Shown here: one piece after another, positions 41,501-53,652 of the stretch
Layout of the letters: each line of letters opens with the position of its first letter
Numbering within the stretch: position 1 is the first letter of the stretch
Origin: Anaeramoeba ignava BMAN
Taxonomy: Eukaryota > Protista > Anaeramoebae
Assembly: GCA_028826165.1 (NCBI GenBank)
Contig: JAPDFW010000006.1
Span: 1-64,000 of the forward strand
Length of the DNA: 64,000 nt
Direction: 5' to 3'
Made by a program: the position numbers and the translations under genes
Notes under the pieces: model-generated
Told to the model about the DNA's origin: nothing
The model's input: the letters and a program-made list of their open reading frames with translations, nothing else
Databases searched by the model: none

Positions 41501-44500
41501 AATCAAAATTAAAATTAAAATCAATATTAAATTAAAATCAATATCAATATCAAAATTAAAATCAAAATCAAAATTAAAATTAAAATCAAAATCAAAATTA
41601 AAATTAAAATCAAAATCAAAATCAAAATTAATTTCCTGAATAGTTTGGATGGGATTTTTAGTACACAAGTTCTTGGTCGTTCTGGACCAAATGGAACAAC
41701 TTATTTCAGAATAGAAGTTACTATTGATGATGTTCCACACATTCTTAATTTTACTTTTAATTTAACAGTTTTTGCTTGGAATGCAACAACAAGTGATCAA
41801 ACATCATGCAGAATAGTTGAAATTTTAACAGAAATTCCAACATCTATTGAATCAGGAACAGATATAGGACCAATAACAGTTCAAATTTTTGATTTTGCAA
41901 GAAGACCTGTGAGTGGAAATGATATGTATATTCTTTTAACAACTCCTGCCAATGTATTATTAACATATTTTCCTTATTGGTTTGATTCAGCAACTACTGA
42001 TTCAACTGGAACTGCAGTTATTAGTAGTTTGATTATTGAAGGGTATTTAAATTTTCAAAAGAATTATTCTTATTCTTATTCTTATTTTTATTCTTATTTT
42101 TATTCTTATTTTTATTCTTATTTTTATTCTTATTCTTATTCTTATTTTTATTCTTATTCTTATTCTTATTCTTATTTTTATTCTTATTTTTATTCTTATT
42201 CTTATTCTTATTTTTATTTTTATTTTTATTCTTATTCTTATTTTTATTCTTATTTTTATTCTTATTCTTATTTTTATTTTTATTTTTATTTTTATTCTTA
42301 TTCTTATTTTTATTCTTATTCTTATTCTTATTCTTATTTTTATTCTTATTCTTATTTTTATTCTTATTCTTATTCTTATTCTTATTCTTATTCTTATTCT
42401 TATTCTTATTTTTATTCTTATTTTTATTTTTATTCTTATTCTTATTCTTATTTTTATTCTTATTCTTATTCTTATTCTTATTCTTATTCTTATTCTTATT
42501 CTTATTTTTATTTTCATTCTCATTCTTATTTTTATATAATATCACTGGAACATTTGCTATTTCAGCAGCTTATGATAGATATTATGAATGTTATTCAAAT
42601 GAAATTAAAATTGATATAAGAACTCCTGTTACTCAAATGGAATTATTACAAGCTCCTCAACAATCTTATGCAACAGAATATTTCAAACATTCAAATTTTG
42701 AAGTAAAATTAAAATCAAAATCAAAATCAAAATTAAAATCAAAATTAAAATTAAAATTAAAATCAAAATCAAAAATTATAAATTTTAGTTAAAAGCTTTA
42801 GATAAATATGGAAATCCTGTTTCTGGAAAAACTGCAGTATTTTACCTTTATTCATATCCTACTTATGTTGCTCAAGAAATTTTAGATGCATTTTTAACAT
42901 GGGGTTCAGAATCAGTTCAAGTTAATAATGCAATAACAAATGGAAGACAATTTTTTGGAATTCAAACAGAATCAACAACAGATTCAAATGGTTTTATTGA
43001 CAAAAAAAAAGAATAAAAGAAGAAATTTAATCAAATATTTATTAGATCCCTTTATGAACCTTTCTTTTTCAGTTGATGGAAAATTTATGAAAAGGAATTG
43101 TTACATTTGAAAATTTTTATATTTACAAAAATTCAAAATCAAAATCAAAATTCTTTTTTTACAGTTGATGGAAAAATTAAAATTTGAAAATTAAAATTAA
43201 AATTAAAATTAAAATTGAAATTTTCAAAATCAAAATTATTGGTAAGCAAAAATCAAAATCAAAATCAAAATCAAAATCAAAATCAAAATCATTTATTAAA
43301 ATCAAAATCATTTATTAAAATCATTTATTAAAATCAAAATCAAAATTCAAAATTAAAATCAAAATTAAAATTAAAATTAAAATTAAAATTAAAATCAAAA
43401 TTAAAATTAAAATTAAAATTAAAATTAAAATTAAAATCAAAATCAAAATTAAAATCAAAATCAAAATTAAAATTAAAATTAAAATTAAAATTATGAAATA
43501 GCTGAATATCTTCTTGTTATTCAGAATGCCTCTTCTTCAACTATAACATTAAACGAACCTTGGGATTATGTTCCTCAACTTGTACTATTAGATAGCAAAT
43601 ACAACGAAATAGATCTTCAAAGAGTAAAATTAAAAACATATATTGAAGGATTAAATGAAGATGAGTATATAATAACTTTTGATTGTGGAGATGAACACAC
43701 AAGTGAATCACCAACAAATGATTGCTATTCATATTCATACACATCAAGTAGTGTCATGTATTTTTACAATTTCCAAATCATAGAATTTTCATCACCGAAT
43801 CCTTGTTTCCAGATTTACTTTGTATTTGCGGAGGGAGAACCTTATGAATTGTATTCAGGATTAAGTGAAGTGTATTGTATCGAAAATTACATCACAAGTG
43901 TTACTGCTCTATCTGATGTTTCAGCTTATACAACTGTGGATACTTACACTCAATCAGCTTCTATTCTTCAAACTGAAACTCTTCTTGGAACTGCCATTCA
44001 AGGACTTGAACCTAATGTGGATGTTGTTGATAAACCCCCTGGTTTTGCAGATTGCACTTTTCAATGGCAGTATTTCGCAACGGATTCTTTAGGACAATCT
44101 TACTTATGGATTGAATTGTTTGATGGATGTGTTACAGGAAGATATAGTTTTATAGCTTCACTTGGAGGAGTTAATGCGTAAGAAATGATTAAAATCAAAA
44201 TTAAAATCAAAATCAAAATCAAAATCAAAATCAAAATTAAAATTGAAATCAAAATCAAAATCAAAATTAAAATTAAATAATTGAAATCAAAATAATTGAA
44301 ATTAAAATAATTCAAATTAAAATTAAAATTAAAATTAAAATTAAATAATTGAAATCAAAATAATTGAAATTAAAATCAAAATTAAAATAATTCAAATCAA
44401 AATCAAAATTCAAATTAAAAAATTCAAATCAAAAAATCAAAATTAAAATAATTGGAATTAAAATTCTGTTTTTTTTTTAGTTCGACTCTTTTCTATATTG

Positions 44501-47248
44501 ATTTAACAGATCAAGCTAAATATATCGAAATTGTTCAATACGAAAACAATACTTCAGTTGATGCAATAGTTGGTGAGTTTATTCCACAATCTTTTGAAGT
44601 TGTTGTGAAGATTTATACACTAGCAGCATTGAATGGAAAATCAGTTACAGCATTTATTTCTGGAGTAAATAAAAAATAAAAAAGAAAAAAGAATTTAGAT
44701 TAAAAAATCCTTTCAAATTAATTGATATTTTTTCTTTTTTATTTTTGTGATTGGAATTCATTTCAATTAGTATAATAACTCGAGTTCTGAAAATGTTTGT
44801 TCTGATGAAGCAACAGTCCCTGATTATACAAATGTGACTCTTGACGCATATCATGCAACTGAAATTACAACCTCAAATCAATTTTTATTACTATTTCAAT
44901 ATTATGGAACAGAATCAAGCGTAGGAACTGCAGTGTTTAATCTATTGAAATTCACATCAGGAAAAAGTGGATTTTATTGTGTTAAATTCAAGGTGGAAGA
45001 TATTGTAACTTCAAGTGGAATTGTAATGAATGTAATCAATAATGTAACCGAAGTGGCAATAGTGAAACAACCATCAAATAAAGTAAAATATTTGAAAAAG
45101 AAAAGAAAAGAAAAAAAAATTTTTTTCAATAACATGAAATGATTGAATTAAAATATTTTTCAAAAATGAAAAAAAAAAAAAAAGGTGAAAACAGGACATC
45201 GTTTTGATCAACAACCCTTAATCAAAATTTATGATAATGGAATAGGATTAGCAAATCGATCAATAACTGTTGGATTTTATCATGAATGCATTGGAGCTTC
45301 AATTACATACAATGACAATCCGATAACAGATCCGAACGGAGAATATCAATTTTGGGATCTAACAATATCAGGAACAGGAGGAACATGTCAACTTGTATTT
45401 ATTTCACAAGGAATAGCATCTGATCCATCAAGCAAGTTCAACATCATCGGATTGTCAGAACCCTCATTCCAATATATTGGGAAATGGAAGTCAATCATTG
45501 CGTTGACTGTTCTTGCTTTTGTTCCCTTGTTCTTCTTCAACGAAGCAAATACTTCAACTTGGTTTTTGGTTGTTGGATTGTTGGCTTGCGCAATCCCAGA
45601 GTTTTTCGGTTATGTAGCATTGGAAAAGCTTTCTTTCCAACAGAATCAAGATGGCGAGAATTCATACTTGAGATTGATCACTTCAATGTTTATCATTTGC
45701 ATCAATATTCTTGTTATTTTGTTTGCTTGGAATATGGTGGAAGGATTTATGAAAAAAAAGAATTGGCAATTTTATGATAAAAAAAAACTTGCTTCGCAAA
45801 AATTTGTCAAATATTTGTTGCAAAAAAATGAGGACATGGTCTTTTCAGCTGAATTACCTGATGTGGATCTTTATGATTCTCCAAATGAAAGCAATTCAGA
45901 AATTGAACTTGATAATTTTGGAAACAAAGTGAAAAAAGAGAAGGAGTATATTACACACAAGAAAACAATCGAAATCAAAAACGAGGTCATGGATTCGTTC
46001 TCAGACATGATGTTGAGCTCAAGAAACCGATTCATTTCTTGGATAATGCCAAAGCAAAAAACAGCACACTCAAAATTCGAACCTTCATTTTCATTCTTTT
46101 ATCCACAAAGATTAATTCTTGCTGCATGTTTAACAATTCTGCTGCTGATCTACTTCCTTGCAGGCGCGTTTCTTCTTGTCGAGTGGTTTGTGTTCTATCT
46201 GAAAAAATGGCGCGAGGACATTTTGGGCTATCAAAGTAGAATAGATTACATCATCGCGCTAATCAACGAATCCATTCTTGAGACAGTTACTCAATCAAGC
46301 TCCTTGAATCCTGCGAAGATCAATTACATCCCAGACTCAATAGAAACCATCTTCAAGGCCTCTCAGACACAGGTTGACCGACTGATTAGCATTGTGAAGT
46401 TCTCTGGGAGGTTCACTGGCATCATGCTATTTTTGATATTTTTATTTGTTTGGTGGTTGATTTTCAGATTATATCGCCGTAGAATCATGTGGCTTAGACA
46501 AGGAGTAAGATTTACTAAGAGAAAGCCAAATACAGGAAAGGCCACATCGTTTCCCGGTCTTACAGCGGCTACATTTATATACGGATTTGTGGCGCTTTGG
46601 GTGATCACAACTGCAATCATTATTGTTCTTCTTTTCTTCCCTTTTTTCAACGTTCTTTGGTTCGTTTTCAGATGGATTTTCTATACTTTTATGATCGGTT
46701 TTTTCGTGATGAAAATGTGGGAGTTTTTTCTCTTACTCTTTATCAATAGAAACTCAGTTACAAAGCTAAGATGCTTTTCAACCGCAGAATTCATTTGGAC
46801 TTTCCTCAATTTTGTTTATGGAGTCGCATTTGCTTCTGCACGCATCTTTAGGGTGCTCTACTTCACGCTATTCCATTTCATCAGAGTTGATCTCGATACT
46901 TTGCATAACATCTCCTTCCTTAAAAGAGCTTATAGATCATATGTCGGAATGATTTATATGGACCATATTCATAATAACCCAATCCGTTTGTGTTTTGGAA
47001 ATATGCTTGAAAGAAAAAATTTAAAAAAATCAATTGCAAAACTTGATCTAGCAAACAAAAGTTCTGATTTTTCTCCCGAATTCCCAAATGATAAACCTAA
47101 AAATAACCAAGATTTTGTTGAAGAAAAACAGGATTTGATTCTTCAACAAAAAGTAAAAAGTCGGTTTTTGTTTTTGATTACAATCTCAAGAAACAAAAAT
47201 TTGATTAATTCTCGTCAAAGAAATCTTCAAATTTCTCAAAAAAATTGA
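38536..47248 (+). CDS. STRA6/RBP-receptor-like polytopic membrane protein with an N-terminal signal anchor and a long ectodomain of invasin/Ig-like repeats (about 1,900 aa, about 18 exons)
   Basis: Phase-compatible exons: 38536-38604, 38786-38938, 39015-39080, 39468-39692, 39757-39880, 39961-40143, 40209-40388, 40509-40607, 40678-40822, 40921-41292, 41644-42042, ~42540-42702, 42789-42990, an unresolved piece ~43040-43240, 43502-44178, 44481-44664, 44771-45082, 45185-47248. Repeated QPS..F..QP.V.V.D..G...GK / TD..G...F..L units. The last exon has FFYPQRLI, YRRRIMWLRQG, FIRVD, AYRSYVGMIYMDHIHNNP and RFLFLITISRNKNL. Confidence 0.75.
42065..42530 (+). repeat. (TATTCT/TATTTT)n microsatellite filling an intron of the STRA6-like gene
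   Basis: Hexamer array following the donor at 42043. Confidence 0.92.
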
Positions 47249-47344
47249 ATTTCCAAAATTCATTTCTTTTTGTTGTTTTTTCTTTTCCTTTTTTTTTTTT
47301 TGTTCTCTTTTCAATCCAAAAAGAAAATCCAAAAAAAAAAAAAT

Positions 47345-47378
47345 TTTTTTCATTTTTTTTCATTTTTTTTCATTTAAA
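47345..47378 (+). promoter_or_regulatory. Triple TTTTCATTT (Inr-like) motif directly upstream of the BTB-TLDc start
   Basis: tttttttcattttttttcattttttttcatttaaaATG. Confidence 0.45.
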
Positions 47379-48881
47379 ATGGAAACTTATTCAAATTTAG
47401 AAAAACTCTCAAATGATTTAAAAAATTTATTCCAAAACCAAAAACAAAAACAAAGCAAAAACCAAAATCAAAACCAAGAAGAAAGTCATTTTGATTTTGA
47501 AATAATTTCTGAACAAGATCAAATTTCATTTAAAACTCATAAATCAATTCTTTCTTCAAGAAGTGAATATTTTAAAACTCTTTTCAATTCAAAAATGTCA
47601 GAATATCAAGAAAAAATTACTTTAACTGATATTCCAAGTCCAACTCTATTTGCAATTCTGAATTATTTTTATTCAGGAAAAATTGAAATTAATTTAGAAA
47701 ATGCGATTGAAATTTTAATTTTTGCTTCAAGATATTTAATTGATGAATTAATAGAAACTTCTTCTTACTTTATCAAAAACAATTTGCAAATGCAAACTAT
47801 TGTTGATGTTCTTAATTTATCTGAGGAAATGAGTTTAAATCAATTATTGGAATTTTGTTATCAATTTATTTCAGAAAATTTTTACGAATTTATCAAAACT
47901 TCATTTTTTCTTGAACTTGAAGAAAATCATCTAAATTCAATTCTATCAAATGATAAAATTTTCACAAACGAATTTGAAACTTTCCAATCAATAATCAAAT
48001 GGGGAAAACATAAATCAAATATCAATAAAGAAAAAGAGAATCAAAAACTTGATAATCAAGAAAGAGAGCAATTACAAGATAAAATTTCAAGTCTTGTTGA
48101 TAAAATCAGATTTATTGACTTCTCAAAAAAGGAAATTGCCAAAACTTTGAAAGAAGAATTAATTCCAAAACAAATTTCACAAAAATTAATGAACTTTCTC
48201 ATTCTGAAAAACGAAAAAGATCAAGGAGAATTGAGTCAATTTATTCAAAAAGAAACTGAAGATCCGAAATCATTGATCTTCAAAGAAAGATATAAATTTG
48301 ATTCAGAAATTATTCAAGAAAAAGGATATGTGAACAAATTAAAAAAATGGATAAATGATAATCGTTTTTTTTTCAAAATGAAAAAAGGATTTTCAGCAAA
48401 AAAAGATGGATTTGATTGCAAAAAATGGCATGATATTTGTGATAATAAAGGAAAAACATTAGTTATTATCAAAACAAAAGATAATTTTATTTTTGGAGGA
48501 TTTACTCAAATTGGATTTACAACTGATAAATCAAAATGGAGAGAAGATTCTCACTATTTTGAAGATGGATGGATTACTGATCCAAATTCCTTTATTTTTT
48601 CATTAAGAAATGACAAGAACGATAGAAAATCAGAAAAATTTTCAATTAAACAAACCCAAGATAACTTTGCTGTTTATTATAACTACTCAAATAAAGGTCC
48701 AACATTTGGAAAGGGAAATGATTTTATTTTAAATTCTAATCTACAACATGGTTATTCAAATTTTGGTTATACTTACAATCTTCCTAAGGGATTTGATTAT
48801 GATACAAAAGAATCAAGAGGTTATTTAGCTGGTTCTTATGATTCTTGGGAAGTTGATGAACTTGAAACTTATTTCATTTAA
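47379..48881 (+). CDS. BTB/POZ-BACK-TLDc domain protein, intronless
   Basis: FKTHKSILSSRSEYFKTLF...YFYSGKI (BTB), FLELEENHLNSILSND..NEFETFQSIIKW (BACK), KDGFDCKKWHDICDNKGKTLVIIKTKDNFIFGGFT...GPTFG...VDELETY (TLDc). Confidence 0.93.
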   Translation: METYSNLEKLSNDLKNLFQNQKQKQSKNQNQNQEESHFDFEIISEQDQISFKTHKSILSSRSEYFKTLFNSKMSEYQEKITLTDIPSPTLFAILNYFYSGKIEINLENAIEILIFASRYLIDELIETSSYFIKNNLQMQTIVDVLNLSEEMSLNQLLEFCYQFISENFYEFIKTSFFLELEENHLNSILSNDKIFTNEFETFQSIIKWGKHKSNINKEKENQKLDNQEREQLQDKISSLVDKIRFIDFSKKEIAKTLKEELIPKQISQKLMNFLILKNEKDQGELSQFIQKETEDPKSLIFKERYKFDSEIIQEKGYVNKLKKWINDNRFFFKMKKGFSAKKDGFDCKKWHDICDNKGKTLVIIKTKDNFIFGGFTQIGFTTDKSKWREDSHYFEDGWITDPNSFIFSLRNDKNDRKSEKFSIKQTQDNFAVYYNYSNKGPTFGKGNDFILNSNLQHGYSNFGYTYNLPKGFDYDTKESRGYLAGSYDSWEVDELETYFI

Positions 48882-49184
48882 TTTCAAATTTTTTAAATCA
48901 AATTAAAAAATTTTTCAATTTCATTCCAATTTTATTTTTTGAAATGAAAAAAAAAAAATCAAATAAAATTTTTGGATTAATTTTCTCTTATTCTTTTTAA
49001 AGTTTCAAATGCATTTTGAGATAAAATATATTTTTGTGCATCTTCACCATTTGATTCTAAAGTAAGAAAAGGATTTGTTCTACGTTTTCTTTCCTTATTA
49101 TTAATAGGTATTTTCTTTTGAGAATTTTGATTAATTAATTGAGATAATTTTGGATTTGCAAAAGATCTTCGAGATTTATTTTTT

Positions 49185-51893
49185 TCATTCTGAGGAAAAA
49201 AGGTTTGAATTTTGATTTAAATTTTCATTTTCATTTAAATTTTCATTTGAATTTTGATTTTGATTTTGATTTGGATTTTCATTTAAAATTTGATTTGAAT
49301 TTTGATTTAAATTTTGATTTGAATTTTGATTTGAATTTTGATTTAAAATTTGCTTTTCTTCATTCTTCTTTTTTAAAATCAATTTTTCTATTTTTTCTGC
49401 TAATTCATTTAATCCAGTTTTAGAAGCTATTAGTAATGCAATTCCTAACGATTTTTGGAAATGAAACTCTTTGCAAACTTCCCAAGCTTTTATATTGTTT
49501 CGAGTTTTACAATAAATATCATATTGGCGAACTAATAATGAATCCGTTTCAATCCATCTTGTTTTTTGCTTTTGTGGATCTGAGTTAAATTGTTCCTTTG
49601 ATTCCATTACTTTTTCAAGAATCAGTTCTTGAAGTAAATCTGAATCCTCCATTTGGCCGGAAATTGGAACAGATAGTTTCAAAGATGTGATTATTGGTTT
49701 TTTCATTGCTGAAGGAAAGGTATCTTTTGCAGAAAGAAGAATTCCATAAAATTCATTAGATGAAAGTCCAATTGGCCAATATTTCCCACCATCTTTTTGA
49801 TCAATAAATTTACGGGAATCCAAAACAGGAATAAATTGATATCCGAACCAATTATTTGACAAAACTCGCAATATTCCCAAACTATCGAAAGTAGAGAAAA
49901 GATTGCTTGAGGAAAACCCAATCCATGCAAGTTTTGACTTTGGTGATATTGAAATAAGTGATTCATGAATTTTGGATCTTGTTTCCATATCAAGGAGTTG
50001 AAATTTCAAATTATGAGTTTCATTTCCATAAACAACGCTGAGAAGATTTTCACCGTTTGAAACAATAGAGAGAATTGGGCCAGGAATTGATAAAACAAAG
50101 AACTCTCGTCCTGTTGAAGAAAACAGACGAAGAAAGTTCAAATTAGTTGCAACCGCAATAAATTTTTTGGCACAAGCAATAGAAACTGCCGATTCTGGAG
50201 AATCCAAGCTCAATCTCCATTCCTCATTTGTCGGCCACTGATTCAAAGGTTTGTATTGAATAAGATCCATTCTTGAGTCTTCTTGATCGTTCTGAGAAGA
50301 AGAACCTGCAAAAAGCACTCCATAATGAGAAAGAGTTGCAAGTCCAACATTGTTTCTATTATTCAATCGAAAAGAACGATGTCTTGTTTGGTCATTAAAT
50401 TCAACATCCAAAATTGAGAGTTCTTCTTCGTCAATTGAGATGATTGATCCTGTCATGTTCCAGGCAAGATAACGTCTTGTATTCGATTCAAACGGAGTAG
50501 AACTTGTTTGGAATGGTTTCATTATTTGTGAGATATCTTGTGAATTTTGCCATTCTTTCCATTTCTTTGTATTTGTAATCTGGTGAATTCTTTTGAATAT
50601 TTCATGCATATTATCATTTGTAACTTCTTCAAAATCATATTCACCTCCACCATTGTTATCACTATCCATTTCAATATCATCGATATCATCAATATCATCA
50701 CCATCAGATAAAACGTTGACAGTCTCATCTTCTGATACATTAATTGCATCCAAATCAGCATATTCATTATCACTATCTTCAACAACTTCTTCCTCAATAT
50801 TCTTTTCTATTTCTTTTTCCTTTTTCTTTTCTATTTCTTTTTCCTTCTTTTTCTTCTTTTTCTTGTTTTCTTTTTTTTTTTCTAATACATTTTTCCAAGT
50901 TCCAAGTTTTCCATTACAATCCAAAATATAACAAGTTTTACTTTTGGGTGTGCCCCATCCAAATCCTACAATCTTTGTGTTATGAGCAAAATGATTAATC
51001 TCTTTCCCTGATCTTATCTTCCAAATTGTGATTTCTTTTTGATCCTCGCTTAAGGTTGCAATATATTTTGAATCAATTGAAATTCCCAGAATCAAAAAAG
51101 TATGTTTTGAAGGCTTCTTGATTGTCTTTATTTTTTCCCAAGAATCTCTTGACACAATATTTACGCAGTTGTTTTCTAGATCAGGTACGCAAATAAAGTC
51201 TCCTGTTGGGCTCCAAATTGCTCCAAATTTTCCGTTACTTGAAAATTGATGTTTTGAATTGTTTTCAAATTTTTGGATACTTTTTAAATCATTTTCAGTG
51301 AAGATTTGAGTTGTTCCATTGAATTCTGTTGTTGAAAAATATTTTCCTTTTGGATCGTAAGCAACTTTTGAAACAATTGATTCAAAAGAAGAAATTTCTT
51401 TGAATTCTTTTGGATTTTCAATGTTAATAATTCTAATTTTAGTTTCATTAAAACTCATTATAATATTTTGAGAATTTGAATCAAAATCAATAGAATTTAT
51501 TGGAAGATTTTTTCTTGCTAAAGTTGAATGATAAGAAAGGTCTTTTGAATTATAAAGATGAACTTCTGAATTTTTTGTTCCACAAGCAATAATTTGAGAC
51601 TTTATTTTATTTCATTTTCAAAAATATTATTTTTTTAATTTAAATTTTATAATTGAATAATTTTATATTTATTTTACATTTTTTGATAAAGCAAAACATT
51701 GAATTCCACTTTGAAGTTTAATTTGATTTGTTGAATTTTTTAAATTTTTTAAATGAAAACTTTTTAAAGAACCATCTAAATTACAAGTTAAAATATGTTT
51801 TTGAGAAATATTTAATAGAATATCTGAAGCATTTTTTTCATGAACATTATTCCATTCAATTTGAGAATTAAGATTAAAATTTTGATTTAACAT
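49185..51893 (-). CDS. WDHD1: CTF4/Mcl1/AND-1 (WDHD1) replisome hub; 2 exons; the C-terminus probably extends to ~48950 past a homopolymer frame error at ~49195
   Basis: Exons 51893-51678 and 51599-49185. N-terminal WD40 blades, acidic linker, PFQTSSTP...RRYLAWNMTG, FIAVATNLNFLRLFS, LAWIGFS...FDSLGILR (SepB/Mcl1 middle domain). Confidence 0.88.
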
Positions 51894-52069
51894 TTTAAAA
51901 GAAAAAATAAAAATTAAAAAAGAAAAAAATAATAAAATAATTATTTCTTTTTGTTTTGTTGTTTTTTTTTTTATAAACGTTAAATTTTTAATTTTTAATT
52001 AAAAAGAAAAAAATTAATTAAAAAAAAATTAACGAATCATTATTAAAAAAGAAAAAAAGAAAAAAATAA

Positions 52070-53652
52070 TTTTTGGATTTGATTTTGTTCCACTTTTTGA
52101 TTTTGATTTTAATTTTAATTTTAAATTTGTTTTTAATTTTGAATTTGAATTTAATTTTAATTTTGATTTTGATTTAGATTTTGATTTTGATTTTGATTTT
52201 GATTTTGATTTTGATTTTGATTTTGGTTTTGATTTTGATTTTGATTTGATTTTTATTTTTGATTTTGATTTTGATTTTGATTTTGTTCCACTTTTTGAAT
52301 TTAATTTTGATTTTGAAATAAATTTTGATTTTGAAATAAATTTTGATTTTAATTTTGATTTTAATTTTGATTTTAATTTTGAATTTAGATTTAGATTTTG
52401 ATTTTGATTTTGATTTTGATTTTGATTTTGATTTTGATTTTGAATTTTGATTTTGATTTTGATTTTGATTTTGATTTTGATTTTGATTTTGAATTTGATT
52501 TTGATTTTGATTTTGAATTTGATTTTGATTTTGATTTTGTTCGACTTTTTGAATTTGATTTGATTTTGAATTTGAATTTGATTTTGAATTTGATTTTGAT
52601 TTTCATTTTCAATTTGATTTTGAATTTAGATTTAGATTTTGATTTTGATTTTGATTTTGATTTTGATTTTGATTTTGATTTTGATTTTGATTTTGATTTT
52701 GATTTTGATTTTGAATTTGATTTTGATTTTGATTTTAAATTTGATTTTGAATTTGAATTTGAATTTGATTTTGATTTTGATTTTAAATTTGATTTTGATT
52801 TTATTTTTAATTTGATTTTGATTTTGATTTTGTTCCACTTTTTGAATTTAATTTTGATTTTGAAATAAATTTTGATTTTAATTTTGATTTTAATTTTGAT
52901 TTTAATTTTAATTTTAATTTTGATTTTGATTTTGATTTTGATTTTGATTTTGATTTTGAATTTGATTTTGAATTTAATTTTGATTTTGATTTTGAATTTG
53001 AATTTGATTTTGATTTTGAATTTGAATTTGATTTTGATTTTAGTTTTGATTTTAATTTTTGATTTTGATTTTGATTTTGATTTTTGATTTTGATTTTGAA
53101 TTTTAAATTTTAATTTTGAATTTTAATTTTTGAATTTAATTTTGATTTTGAATTTTCAATTTGATTTTAATTTTAATTTTGATTTTGAATTTAAATTTAA
53201 TTTTGAAATTTTAATTTTGAATTTGAATTTTGATTTTGATTTTGAATTTGAATTTGATTTTGAATTTTGATTTTTGAATTTGATTTTAATTTTAATTTTG
53301 AATTTTGATTTTGATTTTGATTTTGATTTTGATTTTTTGATTTTGATTTTAATTTTGATTTTTGATTTTTGATTTTTAATTTTGATTTTGATTTTGATTT
53401 TGATTTTGATTTTTAATTTTGATTTTGATTTTGATTTTGATTTTGATTTTGAATTTTGATTTTGATTTTGATTTTAATTTTGATTTTGATTTTGATTTTG
53501 ATTTTGAATTTTGATTTTGATTTTGATTTTGAATTTTGATTTTGATTTTGATTTTGAATTTTAATTTTGATTTTGATTTTGATTTTGATTTTGATTTTGA
53601 ATTTTGATTTTGATTTTAATTTTAATTTTGATTTTGATTTTTAATTTTGATT
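52070..53652. repeat. Intergenic (GATTTT)n-type array with a recurring embedded TTGTTCCACTTTTTGA unit
   Basis: About 1.6 kb hexamer array between the SAC9-like stop and the CTF4 promoter. Embedded unit near 52085, 52283, 52537 (variant) and 52830. Confidence 0.9.

Noticed and set aside
41645-42619. Tyr/Ser (YS)n domain in the ORF track
   Set aside because: It begins just after a good GT donor at 42043 and is a pure hexamer satellite; interpreted as intron.
4234-51893. Functional clustering of the replisome genes TIPIN and CTF4
   Set aside because: They are 45 kb apart with many unrelated genes between them, so there is no evidence of linkage.
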